Source: Candidatus Benthicola marisminoris (GTDB lineage: Bacteria; Gemmatimonadota; Gemmatimonadetes; Palauibacterales; Palauibacteraceae). Taken from it: a DNA stretch of 50,994 nucleotides. Each line of letters starts with the position of its first letter. Position 1 is the stretch's first letter. The stretch lies in the NCBI GenBank assembly GCA_023554335.1, contig JAMJQR010000113.1, positions 1 to 50,994 on the forward strand, read 5' to 3'. The position numbers and the translations under genes were made by a program. The notes beneath the pieces were generated by a model. It ran no database searches. It was not told where the DNA came from and saw only the letters and a list, made by a program, of their open reading frames with translations. Positions 28,046 to 37,291 of the stretch are shown in pieces.

Positions 28046-30708
28046 GATGCGCCCGCTGACTCGCCGGCTTCGAGCGCCAGCTTCACCGCGGCCGCGATCG
28101 CGACGTCCACCGAGGCCGAGTCACCGACCCCTCCACGGGCGAGGTGCGGTCGCCCACCGCCACCCGAGCCCGTCGCGCGGCTGGCTGCCGCCACGAGGTC
28201 GCCGGCTTTCAGACCGCGGCCGATCCAGTCGTCGGTGACCACCGCGAGGAACGCGCCCCGGTCGGTCTCCCCGCTGCTGACGTGCACTACCGCGGCGCCG
28301 GATCCAAGCTCCGCCCGCAAGAGATCCCCAAACGCCGCGACGTCGGACCCAGCCGGCAAATCCACCGCTCCGGCGACGAGCTTGCCACCCGCTCCAAGCT
28401 CCTCCGCCGCTTGAATGATGTCCTCGACGACGGCCGAAGCGTCCCTGCCGTGCTGCTGATCCAGACGCTTCTCGAGCGTCGCCTTCTCCTCGAGAAGCGT
28501 CTCCAGACGCCGGGGCAGCTCCGTGGGAGGCGCGCGAAGGGCCGCAGCCAGCCCGGCCACCAGACCCTCCGTCTCACGTACCCGGCGATACGCGGCCGGA
28601 CCGGTCACCGCCTCGATCCTCCGGATGCCCGCCGCCACGCCCGTCTCGGATACGATCTGGAAGAGCCCGATCTGTCCGGTACTCCGAACGTGACAGCCCC
28701 CGCAGAGCTCCAGGCTCACGCCTGGAACGCTCACGACCCGCACCCGCTCTCCGTACTTCTCTCCAAACAGCGCCATTGCGCCCGCCGCGAGGGCCTCGCG
28801 GTAGTCCCGCTCCCCGATCTCCAGGGGGACGTTGTCCCACACGCCACGGTTGACGGCTTCTTCGATCGCTTCCCTCTCGTCCGGTGTGATCGGCCCCGTG
28901 TGGGTGAAGTCGAACCTGAGGCGATCCGGTGCAACGAGCGAACCGGCCTGCTGGACGTGATCGCCCAGCTCGGCCCTGAGTGCGGCGTGAAGGAGATGCG
29001 TCGCCGTGTGGTTCCGCTCGGTGTCGCGCCTCGCCCGCTCGTCGACGGTGGCTCGCACCATTTCCCCCGGCTCGTCGGACAGATAGCCGGAGCGCAGCTC
29101 GCCGACCAGCACGGCCTGCCCCCGGTCATTCCTGACCACTGACTCGACTTCCAGCTCCCACCCGTCTCCGGAGACGAACCCGTGGTCGCTGACCTGACCG
29201 CCAGCCTCCGAGTAAAACGGGTTGGTCTCGAGCATCAGGGCGTGGGCCCCGTCGACGGCGCGGCCCGCCAGGACCGAAGACTCTACGGCCAGTCGGTCGT
29301 ACCCGACGAACTCCTGCTCTCCGTCCACCGTCAGTGAGCGGGCAGCCAGGATGACCGCCTCGCTAAGCTCTTCGCCTTCGGCGCCAGCCGCCCGGTCTTC
29401 ACGGGACCGCCGCCGCTGCTCTTCGAGGGCGTCCTCGAATCCGCCGGTGTCCACGTCGTATCCCCGCTCTGCCGCCATCAGCTGCGTGAGGTCGAGCGGA
29501 AACCCGTAGGTGTCGTAAAGGCGAAAGACCTCTCGGCCAGCAATGGTCCCCTTCCCGCCGGCGGGCGCGAGCTCGTCGAATCTGCCCATCCCCGCGTCGA
29601 TCGTCGCGAGGAAGCGTTCCTCCTCGGAGCGGGTCGTCCGCACCAGGTGGTCCCGGCGATGCGCGAGCTGCGGGTACGTGTCCGACATCAGGTCGGCCAC
29701 TACGCTTACCAGCCGATCCAGCGTGGGTTCACGCCGCCCAAGCAGCCAGGCGTATCGCCCGGCTCGGCGGAGGATCCGTCGCAGGACGTACCCTCTCCCC
29801 TCGTTTGACGGGAAGACGCCATCCGCCAGCATGAACGCCACGGCGCGAGCGTGATCTGCAAGGACCCTGAACGGAAGGCCCGCTTCCCAGTCCTTCAGCT
29901 CCAGGCTGTATTCCCGGCCGACGATCTCCTCGGCAGCCGAGATGATCGGGAGGAAGAGATCCGTGTGGTAGTTGGTCCTCGTTCCCTGCATGATCGCAGC
30001 GATCCGCTCGAGGCCGGCACCCGTATCGATGGATGGAGCGGGAAGCGGTGCGTCACCATCCGCGGATCTCTCGAACTGCATGAAGACCAGATTCCAGATC
30101 TCCATGAACTCGTCCGCTTCGCCGAGCTCGTTGAACTGCTCCGGCGTCAGGTCCGTGGTGGCCCCGGAGGGCCGCATGTCGTAGTGAATCTCGGAACAGG
30201 GTCCGCAGGGCCCCGTCTCCCCCATCTGCCAGAAGTTGTCCTTGTCTCCCAGGCGCAGGACGCGCTCTGGAGGGATGCCGGTGAGCCGGGGCCACAGCTC
30301 CGCCGCCTCGTCGTCGGTGTAGTGCACTGTGGCCCAGAGTCTACCCGGTTCGAGTCCGAGCTCGGAGGTCACGAACTCCCATCCGAAGGCGATGGCGTCG
30401 CGCTTGAAGTAGTCGCCGAAAGAGAAGTTCCCCAGCATCTCGAAGAAGGTGTGATGCCGGGCCGTTCGTCCGACTTCCTCGAGGTCGTTGTGCTTGCCGC
30501 TGACCCGCAGGCACTTCTGTGACGTGACGGCGCGCGGCGCCGGCCGCTCCGCCTCGCCCACGAAGACCCTCTTGAACTGTACCATGCCCGCGTTGGCGAA
30601 CATGAGGGTCGGATCGTCTTCTGGCACCAGTGAGCTGCTGGGCAGATGCAGGTGGCCCTGCCGCTCGAAGTATCGAATGAAGCTGGAACGGATATCGCTG
30701 GCCTTCAT
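28042..30708 (-). CDS. alaS: Alanine--tRNA ligase
   Basis: FANAGMVQFK, HHTFFEMLGNFSFGDYFK, GPCGPCSEI, editing site NHTATH...ELCGGCH, C-Ala GGGG. Confidence 0.99.
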   Translation of the reverse strand: MKASDIRSSFIRYFERQGHLHLPSSSLVPEDDPTLMFANAGMVQFKRVFVGEAERPAPRAVTSQKCLRVSGKHNDLEEVGRTARHHTFFEMLGNFSFGDYFKRDAIAFGWEFVTSELGLEPGRLWATVHYTDDEAAELWPRLTGIPPERVLRLGDKDNFWQMGETGPCGPCSEIHYDMRPSGATTDLTPEQFNELGEADEFMEIWNLVFMQFERSADGDAPLPAPSIDTGAGLERIAAIMQGTRTNYHTDLFLPIISAAEEIVGREYSLELKDWEAGLPFRVLADHARAVAFMLADGVFPSNEGRGYVLRRILRRAGRYAWLLGRREPTLDRLVSVVADLMSDTYPQLAHRRDHLVRTTRSEEERFLATIDAGMGRFDELAPAGGKGTIAGREVFRLYDTYGFPLDLTQLMAAERGYDVDTGGFEDALEEQRRRSREDRAAGAEGEELSEAVILAARSLTVDGEQEFVGYDRLAVESSVLAGRAVDGAHALMLETNPFYSEAGGQVSDHGFVSGDGWELEVESVVRNDRGQAVLVGELRSGYLSDEPGEMVRATVDERARRDTERNHTATHLLHAALRAELGDHVQQAGSLVAPDRLRFDFTHTGPITPDEREAIEEAVNRGVWDNVPLEIGERDYREALAAGAMALFGEKYGERVRVVSVPGVSLELCGGCHVRSTGQIGLFQIVSETGVAAGIRRIEAVTGPAAYRRVRETEGLVAGLAAALRAPPTELPRRLETLLEEKATLEKRLDQQHGRDASAVVEDIIQAAEELGAGGKLVAGAVDLPAGSDVAAFGDLLRAELGSGAAVVHVSSGETDRGAFLAVVTDDWIGRGLKAGDLVAAASRATGSGGGGRPHLARGGVGDSASVDVAIAAAVKLALEAGESAGAS

Positions 30709-30842
30709 ACCGTACCGGTCGTGTCGATGAACGCTCGCCGAGCCCTACGGGATCGGACATATCCGGTTAATATGCCGAACGGGCAGCGCGCCAACAATCG
30801 GCATGGGGTGGGCGGACGGATCTTCACTCGCGGGCATGGGCG

Positions 30843-31496
30843 TCAGACCCCGGGAGCGTCCGTCTCATCGGGCAGCAGCTCAAGCACGACCTGCCGGATC
30901 TCTCCGGCCCTGAATCCTCGGCGCGCCAGGTAGGCGGAGAGCCGGCGGCGCGCGGTGGCGGGCTCCAGGGCCCTGAGCGCCCCGGCGCGGCGGACCGCGG
31001 CCGTTCTCAGGAGGGACTGCTCGCTGACTCCCTCCTCAGCCAGGACCGTCTCCACCGCCCGGTCCGCAGTCTGCCGTTCAATCCCGCGGGAGAGGAGCTC
31101 CGAGACCAGTCGGGGCGCTCCGCGCGGCCTGAAACGAATACGTTCCCTCACGAAAGCCTCTGCGTAGGCGCGGTCGTCCAGGTAGCCAAGCTCGACGCAC
31201 CGGTTGATCGCATGATCCGCGTATTTCGCGAGTCTGTGCTTCCCCAGGTAGCGACGCACCTCACGGCCGGTCCGGGGTCGATACGAGAGATAGTGCACCG
31301 CGCGGTCCATGGCCTCCGCGCAACCTGCCTCGTGCATGAGTGCCGCCAGCTCCACTGCCCCGAGGCTCATTCCGAGCTCCAGGTTCTCCCTTCGGGCCAG
31401 GTCATCCGAGACACGGAACGCAGCTTCGCCGTCGACTTGAACGAGACAGCCCCCGATCCAGCCGGGAGCTGGTTCGAGGGCCGTGACTATGGGCAC
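30843..31496 (-). CDS. recX: Regulatory protein RecX
   Basis: YLSYRPRT, GYLDDRAYA, YLARRGF; directly downstream of recA. Confidence 0.93.
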   Translation of the reverse strand: MPIVTALEPAPGWIGGCLVQVDGEAAFRVSDDLARRENLELGMSLGAVELAALMHEAGCAEAMDRAVHYLSYRPRTGREVRRYLGKHRLAKYADHAINRCVELGYLDDRAYAEAFVRERIRFRPRGAPRLVSELLSRGIERQTADRAVETVLAEEGVSEQSLLRTAAVRRAGALRALEPATARRRLSAYLARRGFRAGEIRQVVLELLPDETDAPGV

Positions 31497-31562
31497 GGGA
31501 CCGCCTCCCTCATCTCGATGATCTCAGGAAACGGTCTCCGAAATGCCCGATTCCGCGCGCAC

Positions 31563-32630
31563 TCACTCCGTCGGCGCAACCTGCGGAGAAGCTGAATCCT
31601 CGGCGGGCTCGTCCGCCGGCTCACTTGCCATGCCGAGCACGACCCGCAGACGGGTCTCCAGCTCTTCGGCGATGTCCGGGTTCTCAGAAAGAAAAATCTT
31701 CGCGTTCTCGCGACCCTGACCGAGCCTGACGTCGTCGCCATACGAATACCAGGCACCGGATCGCTTCACGATGCCGTGCTCCTCCCCGATGTCCACCAGA
31801 ATGCCGGTGCGGCTGATCCCCTGATTGAACATGATGTCGAACTCGGCCTGGCGGAACGGAGGCGCGCACTTGTTCTTCACTACCTTGACCCGCGTGCGAT
31901 TCCCCACCTGTTCGTTGCCGTCCTTGATCGACGCGATCCTTCGAATGTCCAACCGCAGCGAGGCGTAGAACTTCAGCGCCCGACCTCCCGAGGTCGTCTC
32001 CGGATTCCCGAACATCACGCCGATTTTCTCACGGATCTGGTTCGTGAAGATCACGGCCGTGTTCGACCGGCCGATGGCCCCGGTCAGCTTCCTGAGCGCC
32101 TGGGACATCAGGCGGGCCTGCAGACCCACGTGCGAGTCCCCCATCTCCCCTTCGATCTCGGCCCGCGGAACGAGCGCGGCCACCGAATCCACGACCACCA
32201 CATCGAGGGCGCCGGACCGAACCAGGACCTCGGCGATCTCCAGGGCCTGCTCGCCCGTGTCCGGCTGGGAGACGAGGAGGTTCTCCACATCGACCCCGAG
32301 CTTGGCCGCGTACGCTACGTCGAGCGCGTGCTCGGCATCGACGAACGCGGCCACTCCGCCGTCCTTCTGAGCATTCGCGATGATGTGCAGGGTGAGCGTG
32401 GTCTTTCCGGACGACTCGGGACCGAAGATCTCGGTGACGCGGCCGCGCGGCACACCGCCGATGCCCGTCCCGTGGTCGAGCGACAGCGCGCCGGTGGAGA
32501 TCGACTCCGTCCTCACACGCGCCCCTTCCGACCCCAGGCGCATGATCGCACCCTTTCCGTGTTGCCGTTCGATCTGGTTGATCGCCACGGAAAGGGCTTT
32601 CCGTCGCTCGTCATTCAGTTCCAGTGCCAT
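31563..32630 (-). CDS. recA: Recombinase RecA
   Basis: [49 protein letters not shown]. Confidence 0.99.
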   Translation of the reverse strand: MALELNDERRKALSVAINQIERQHGKGAIMRLGSEGARVRTESISTGALSLDHGTGIGGVPRGRVTEIFGPESSGKTTLTLHIIANAQKDGGVAAFVDAEHALDVAYAAKLGVDVENLLVSQPDTGEQALEIAEVLVRSGALDVVVVDSVAALVPRAEIEGEMGDSHVGLQARLMSQALRKLTGAIGRSNTAVIFTNQIREKIGVMFGNPETTSGGRALKFYASLRLDIRRIASIKDGNEQVGNRTRVKVVKNKCAPPFRQAEFDIMFNQGISRTGILVDIGEEHGIVKRSGAWYSYGDDVRLGQGRENAKIFLSENPDIAEELETRLRVVLGMASEPADEPAEDSASPQVAPTE

Positions 32631-32677
32631 CGCCGCCTCGTGCTCGTCTCAGGGTGGTCTGTAGTTTCGCTGAACCC

Positions 32678-32706
32678 AGTATATACAGGGCCTGCGACTT
32701 TCGCAA
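32678..32706 (-). promoter_or_regulatory. Putative sigma70 promoter of recA with overlapping inverted repeats
   Basis: TTGCGA-N17-TATACT, 47 nt upstream of the recA ATG. Confidence 0.65.
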
Positions 32707-32890
32707 TTTGTTCGGTTTTTGTCCCCGCGGCCTGTCTCGGATCGTCTGGCCGCGGATCATCACGTCGTCAACTGACGAGCGCATGATGACGCATCGTTCC
32801 CGGGATCGCCACGCCTCGGAGACGGCTTGCCCCCACTTCGAGGGGTGCACAGGATGTGGCTTGGCCGGAGCATTGAAACCCGCTGGAGGG

Positions 32891-35332
32891 ATGACCGCGA
32901 TGCCCACCGAAGAAATGCCCATCGACGTCGCGCAGTTCGAGAAGCTCGGGTCGTTCTACCTCGGTCGGGAGGTCGACCCCGAGGATACCGATACGACGGG
33001 CCCGTTGCTGATGTACGACGCGCGCGACCTGACGACGCATGCCGTGGCCGTGGGCATGACGGGAAGCGGAAAGACGGGCCTCTGCCTGTCGCTCCTCGAG
33101 GAGGCGGCGATCGACGGAATTCCGGCAATCGCCATCGACCCGAAGGGCGACCTCGGCAACCTTCTGCTCACGTTCCCGGACCTGGCGCCGGCGGACTTCC
33201 GACCGTGGATCGACGAATCCAAGGCCGCCCGTGAAGGCGTGACCCCGGACGAGCTGGCACAGAGTGAAGCCGCCAAGTGGAAGAAGGGGCTGGCAGGATG
33301 GGGACAGGATGGAGAGCGTATCGCGAGACTGCGTGAAGCGGTGGATCTCGCCGTGTACACGCCGGGCGCCAGCCACGGCATCCCACTCGCGGTACTCCGG
33401 TCCCTGGCCGCTCCCCCGGCTGGTTTGGAGGCGGATCCGGACGGCCGGCGCGAGAGAGTGGCATCCACTGTGTCCGCCCTGCTCGCGCTGGCGGGAGAGG
33501 AAGTCGATCCGCTCCAGAGCCGGGAGCATATTCTGCTCTCCCACATCGTGGAGCGAGCGTGGGACGAGGGGCGGGACCTGGACCTCGAGGCTGTGATTCG
33601 AGGAGTACAGTCCCCGGGATTCGACCGGGTCGGGGTACTCGACCTCGACTCGTTCTACCCCGAGAAGGACCGGTTTTCGCTCGCGATGAAGTTGAACAAC
33701 CTGCTGGCGGCCCCGGGATTCGAGGCGTGGCTCGAGGGAGAACCGTTGGACATCCGGGGCCTGCTTTACACACCTGAAGGGAAGCCCCGCATCTCGATTC
33801 TGTCCATCGCCCACCTGGCGGATTCCGAGCGGATGTTCCTCGTCACGCTGGTGCTGAACGAGCTCCTGGCGTGGATCCGAACGCGTCCCGGCACGTCCAG
33901 CCTGCGGGCGATCCTGTACATGGACGAGGTCTTCGGGTATCTGCCGCCCACGCGAATGCCTCCGTCGAAGCCACCGCTGCTCACCTTGCTTAAGCAGGCC
34001 CGAGCCTACGGCCTGGGCGTCGTGCTGGCCACGCAGAATCCCGTCGACCTGGACTACAAAGCCCTCAGCAACGCCGGGACCTGGTTCCTCGGGCGTCTCC
34101 AGACCGAGAGGGACAAGAAGCGTGTGATGGACGGACTGGACGGCGCTGCCGCCTTTGCCGAAACGGGCCTCGATCGGCGGGAGATGGACCGCATCCTCGG
34201 CGGGCTGGAGAGCCGGACGTTTCTCCTCAACAACGTCCACGAGGACGGCCCCGTCCTGTTTCGGACGCGCTGGGCAATGTCCTATCTCAGAGGTCCGATG
34301 GCACGGCCCGAGATCCGGCGCCTGATGGAGCCGCGGCTTGCCAACCTCGAGCAGGCACCCGTCACCTCCGGGCCGGAGACGCCCGCCAGCCCGGCCCCCC
34401 CGACCCCGACGCCGGCGCCGGTGGAGAGACCGGTGGTGCCGCCCGGCGTGGAAGAGGGCTTTCTCGCGCCTCCAGTGCCGGGTGAGCCGGGCGAGTACCG
34501 ACCGGCGCTCTTCGCCGAGGTGGACCTGCATTACGCGCGGGCTTCCCTCGCCCTCGATCACTGGGAGAGGGTCGTTTGCGTCTCCCCACTTCCCGAGGAC
34601 GTGCCTCCCGACCCGTGGCAGGAAGCGGTGTACTCTCCCGACGCGGACCTGAGGCCGGATCCGGCTCCGGGCGTGCCCTTTGCCGCTCTTCCTTCTGCCG
34701 CGGCCCGGCCAGCCAGCTACCGTGCCTGGAAGTCCGCCCTGAAGGGACACCTGTACAAGAACCGGCCGCTGGAGCTGCAGCGAAGCTCGAAGCCAAAGGT
34801 CGTGTCAACGGCCGGCGAGTCGGAAGCCGACTTCAGGATCCGGTTGCGCGAAGCGGTGCGGGACGCGCGCGACGAAGCGCTCGATGATCTGAGGGAGAAG
34901 TACACGAAGCGGCTGAACCGCCTCGACGAGAAGATCCGCCGTGCCGAGGAACGGGTCGAGCGGGAAGAGTCGCAGTATTCTCAGCAGAAGATGCAGACCG
35001 CCATCTCGGTGGGGGCCACGGTTCTCGACGCATTCCTGGGCCGGAAGAAGCTGAGCCGCCGCAGCATGGGCAGGGCGACAACGGCCATGCGAGGCGCGGG
35101 CCGGGCATCGCGCGAGAAGGACGACATCAGGCGCGCCGAAGAGGCCCTGGAGACGCTCGTGGAGCAGAAGAGGGAGATGGAAGAGGAGTTCGCGAGCGAG
35201 ACCGCCGAGCTGCGCGATCGATTCGACCCGGACGGGGTCGAGCTCGAGACCGTGGCTGTTGCCCCGCGAAAGTCAGACATCACGATCCACCGGCTGGTGC
35301 TTGCCTGGGTGCCGAGTCGTCCTTCGTCCTGA
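32891..35332 (+). CDS. HerA/FtsK-superfamily ATPase (DUF87-like) with long C-terminal coiled coil
   Basis: ATG 32891 after GGAGGG; GMTGSGKT, IDPKGD, YMDE, QARAYGLGVVLATQNP; Pro-rich linker; C-terminal helical region. Confidence 0.88.
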   Translation: MTAMPTEEMPIDVAQFEKLGSFYLGREVDPEDTDTTGPLLMYDARDLTTHAVAVGMTGSGKTGLCLSLLEEAAIDGIPAIAIDPKGDLGNLLLTFPDLAPADFRPWIDESKAAREGVTPDELAQSEAAKWKKGLAGWGQDGERIARLREAVDLAVYTPGASHGIPLAVLRSLAAPPAGLEADPDGRRERVASTVSALLALAGEEVDPLQSREHILLSHIVERAWDEGRDLDLEAVIRGVQSPGFDRVGVLDLDSFYPEKDRFSLAMKLNNLLAAPGFEAWLEGEPLDIRGLLYTPEGKPRISILSIAHLADSERMFLVTLVLNELLAWIRTRPGTSSLRAILYMDEVFGYLPPTRMPPSKPPLLTLLKQARAYGLGVVLATQNPVDLDYKALSNAGTWFLGRLQTERDKKRVMDGLDGAAAFAETGLDRREMDRILGGLESRTFLLNNVHEDGPVLFRTRWAMSYLRGPMARPEIRRLMEPRLANLEQAPVTSGPETPASPAPPTPTPAPVERPVVPPGVEEGFLAPPVPGEPGEYRPALFAEVDLHYARASLALDHWERVVCVSPLPEDVPPDPWQEAVYSPDADLRPDPAPGVPFAALPSAAARPASYRAWKSALKGHLYKNRPLELQRSSKPKVVSTAGESEADFRIRLREAVRDARDEALDDLREKYTKRLNRLDEKIRRAEERVEREESQYSQQKMQTAISVGATVLDAFLGRKKLSRRSMGRATTAMRGAGRASREKDDIRRAEEALETLVEQKREMEEEFASETAELRDRFDPDGVELETVAVAPRKSDITIHRLVLAWVPSRPSS

Positions 35333-35353
35333 CCGGGGGGAGCCCGGTCAGGA
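35327..35353. terminator. 11-bp hairpin between convergent genes (possible bidirectional terminator)
   Basis: TCCTGACCGGG-GGGAG-CCCGGTCAGGA; no U tract on either side. Confidence 0.5.
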
Positions 35354-36376
35354 GGCCAGCACGTCGGCCAGCGCCTGCACGGCAAGATCGATAGCCCGGT
35401 CGCCGACGCCGAGGTGAGTGACCGCGCGCAACCGTCCGGGTCCGGCGCCCAGGACCAATACGCCCAGCTCTTCCAGCTTCCCGGCGACCAGGGTCTCATC
35501 GAGATCTTCGCGCTCGAGGTCGACCATCACGATGTTCGTCTGCGGCTCGTCGGCCTTCACGCCGTCGATCGCTGCCCAGCCGGACGCCAGGCGGCGGGCC
35601 CGAGCGTGATCCTCCGGCAGTCGGTCCAGATTGTGGTCCAGCGCCCACAGTCCGGCGGCTGCCAGGATGCCCACCTGGCGCATCCCTCCGCCCAGTCGCT
35701 TGCGAACGGACCATGCGGCCTCGATGAGGTCGGCCGGACCGGCGAGCAGGGAGCCCACGGGACAGCCCAGTCCCTTGGAAATGCACACGGTCACGGTATC
35801 GGCACACGACGACAGATCCGCCAGTGTCTCTCCCGACGCCGCGGCCGCATTCCACAGGCGTGCTCCGTCGAGATGAACCGGAAGGGATCGGCGGTCCGCC
35901 AGCTCCCGGATCGCGCGCATGGCCTCGAGAGGAACGACCGCTCCACCGTGCAGGTTGTGCGTATTCTCGATGCACAGGAGTGACGTGACGGGATGGTGAC
36001 GGTCTCCGGGGCGAATCGCTGTCACGACGTCCCGCGCCGCCAGCGAACCCCGGTCCGACGAGACCGGGTGAAGCTGGACCCCGGCGAGCCAGGCGGCGTC
36101 GGCGAATTCATAGTGAAAGACATGGGACTCAGCCTCACACACCGCCTCGGTGCCCGGACGCGTGTGCAGGACGATGGCCGCCTGATTCGCCTGGGTGCCG
36201 GAGGGAAAGAAGAGAGCGTCCTCCTTGCCCAGCAGGTTGGCGACGCGCCGCTCCAGGCGGGCGGCCGTGGGATCCTTCCCGAGCACGTCGTCCCCGACTT
36301 CGGCCTCGGCCATGGCCCGACGCATTCCCTGCGATGGTTGCGTGACCGTGTCCGACCGCAGGTCTACTTCATTCAT
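35348..36376 (-). CDS. ltaE: Low-specificity L-threonine aldolase
   Basis: DLRSDTVT, PSGTQAN, IENTHN, HLDGARLWNA, SKGLG, GGGMRQ. Confidence 0.96.
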   Translation of the reverse strand: MNEVDLRSDTVTQPSQGMRRAMAEAEVGDDVLGKDPTAARLERRVANLLGKEDALFFPSGTQANQAAIVLHTRPGTEAVCEAESHVFHYEFADAAWLAGVQLHPVSSDRGSLAARDVVTAIRPGDRHHPVTSLLCIENTHNLHGGAVVPLEAMRAIRELADRRSLPVHLDGARLWNAAAASGETLADLSSCADTVTVCISKGLGCPVGSLLAGPADLIEAAWSVRKRLGGGMRQVGILAAAGLWALDHNLDRLPEDHARARRLASGWAAIDGVKADEPQTNIVMVDLEREDLDETLVAGKLEELGVLVLGAGPGRLRAVTHLGVGDRAIDLAVQALADVLAS

Positions 36377-36385
36377 CGCCCGGCC

Positions 36386-36730
36386 TCAGCTGAGGGCCCC
36401 ACCGCAAGCCGAGCAGAACTTGGCACCCTCCTTCACCGTGGAGCCGCAGGAGGGGCAACTAGCGGAATCCAGGCTCTCGCCAAGCTCATCGCGGGCGGCC
36501 AGCGCGTGTCGGGCGTAGCGCGCGCGAAGGGTGGCGTAGTCTCCCTCCGAGACCTTACCGGTCTGATACTCGAACTCCAATTCCCGCAGGTTGGCCAGCG
36601 CCTCCTCCTTGCGGTCCTCCGCCGAGCCGCCGCCCTTTCCTTCCCTCCAGCGCCCTTCGATCAGCGGAGCGAATATGACCGCCGCGACAAGTACCGCCAT
36701 GATGGAACCGAATATGTAGACCGCGTACAC
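36386..36730 (-). CDS. Membrane-anchored zinc-ribbon protein
   Basis: N-terminal TM, LRELEFEYQTGKVSEGDY helix, C-terminal CPSCG...FCSACG. Confidence 0.85.
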   Translation of the reverse strand: MYAVYIFGSIMAVLVAAVIFAPLIEGRWREGKGGGSAEDRKEEALANLRELEFEYQTGKVSEGDYATLRARYARHALAARDELGESLDSASCPSCGSTVKEGAKFCSACGGALS

Positions 36731-36757
36731 CGTACCTCCGTTGGTCGAAACGTCCCG

Positions 36758-37291
36758 CTACCGGCTCTCGTGCGCCGGCCGACCCGCCGCACGCCGCTCG
36801 GTGGCGAGCTCCAGGGCCCTGGCGACAGCCGCCGCCGGGTCATCGAAGCGCTCGATCTCGAATCGATCTCCCAACCGGTCACGCACACCGACCAGCGGAC
36901 GGCCGATCTTCATGCAGTGAGCCGCTTCGTTGAGAGTTCCCCAGCCTCCCGCCACTGCAATCACTGCTTCCGCCGCTCGAACCACGAGGAAATTGCGGGC
37001 CTCCCCCAGTCCTGTCGGCAGCGGTATCGTGACACCACCGGCTGCTCTCTCGGGATCGTCACCGGGAAGGATGCCCAGGACCTGGCCGCCCTCCGCCGAT
37101 GCTCCTTCGGCCGCCGCCGCCATCACCCCCCCACCGCCGCCACACACGAGCAGTGCCTCCGCGCGTCCCAGAGCCCGACCCACGGCATGGGCAACGGCCG
37201 AGGTCTCGACGTCCGCCACCGCCGATCCGATCACGGCGATGCGCAGCGGCCGATGCGCCGGGCCTGCTTCGCCTGATACCGCCCAGGTCAT
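36758..37291 (-). CDS. LOG/SLOG-family nucleotide-binding protein (TIGR00725-like)
   Basis: IAVIGS, CGGGGGVM, GILPG, TGLGEARN, GGWGTLNE; ATG 37291 overlaps the glpK stop (TGATG). Confidence 0.9.
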   Translation of the reverse strand: MTWAVSGEAGPAHRPLRIAVIGSAVADVETSAVAHAVGRALGRAEALLVCGGGGGVMAAAAEGASAEGGQVLGILPGDDPERAAGGVTIPLPTGLGEARNFLVVRAAEAVIAVAGGWGTLNEAAHCMKIGRPLVGVRDRLGDRFEIERFDDPAAAVARALELATERRAAGRPAHESR

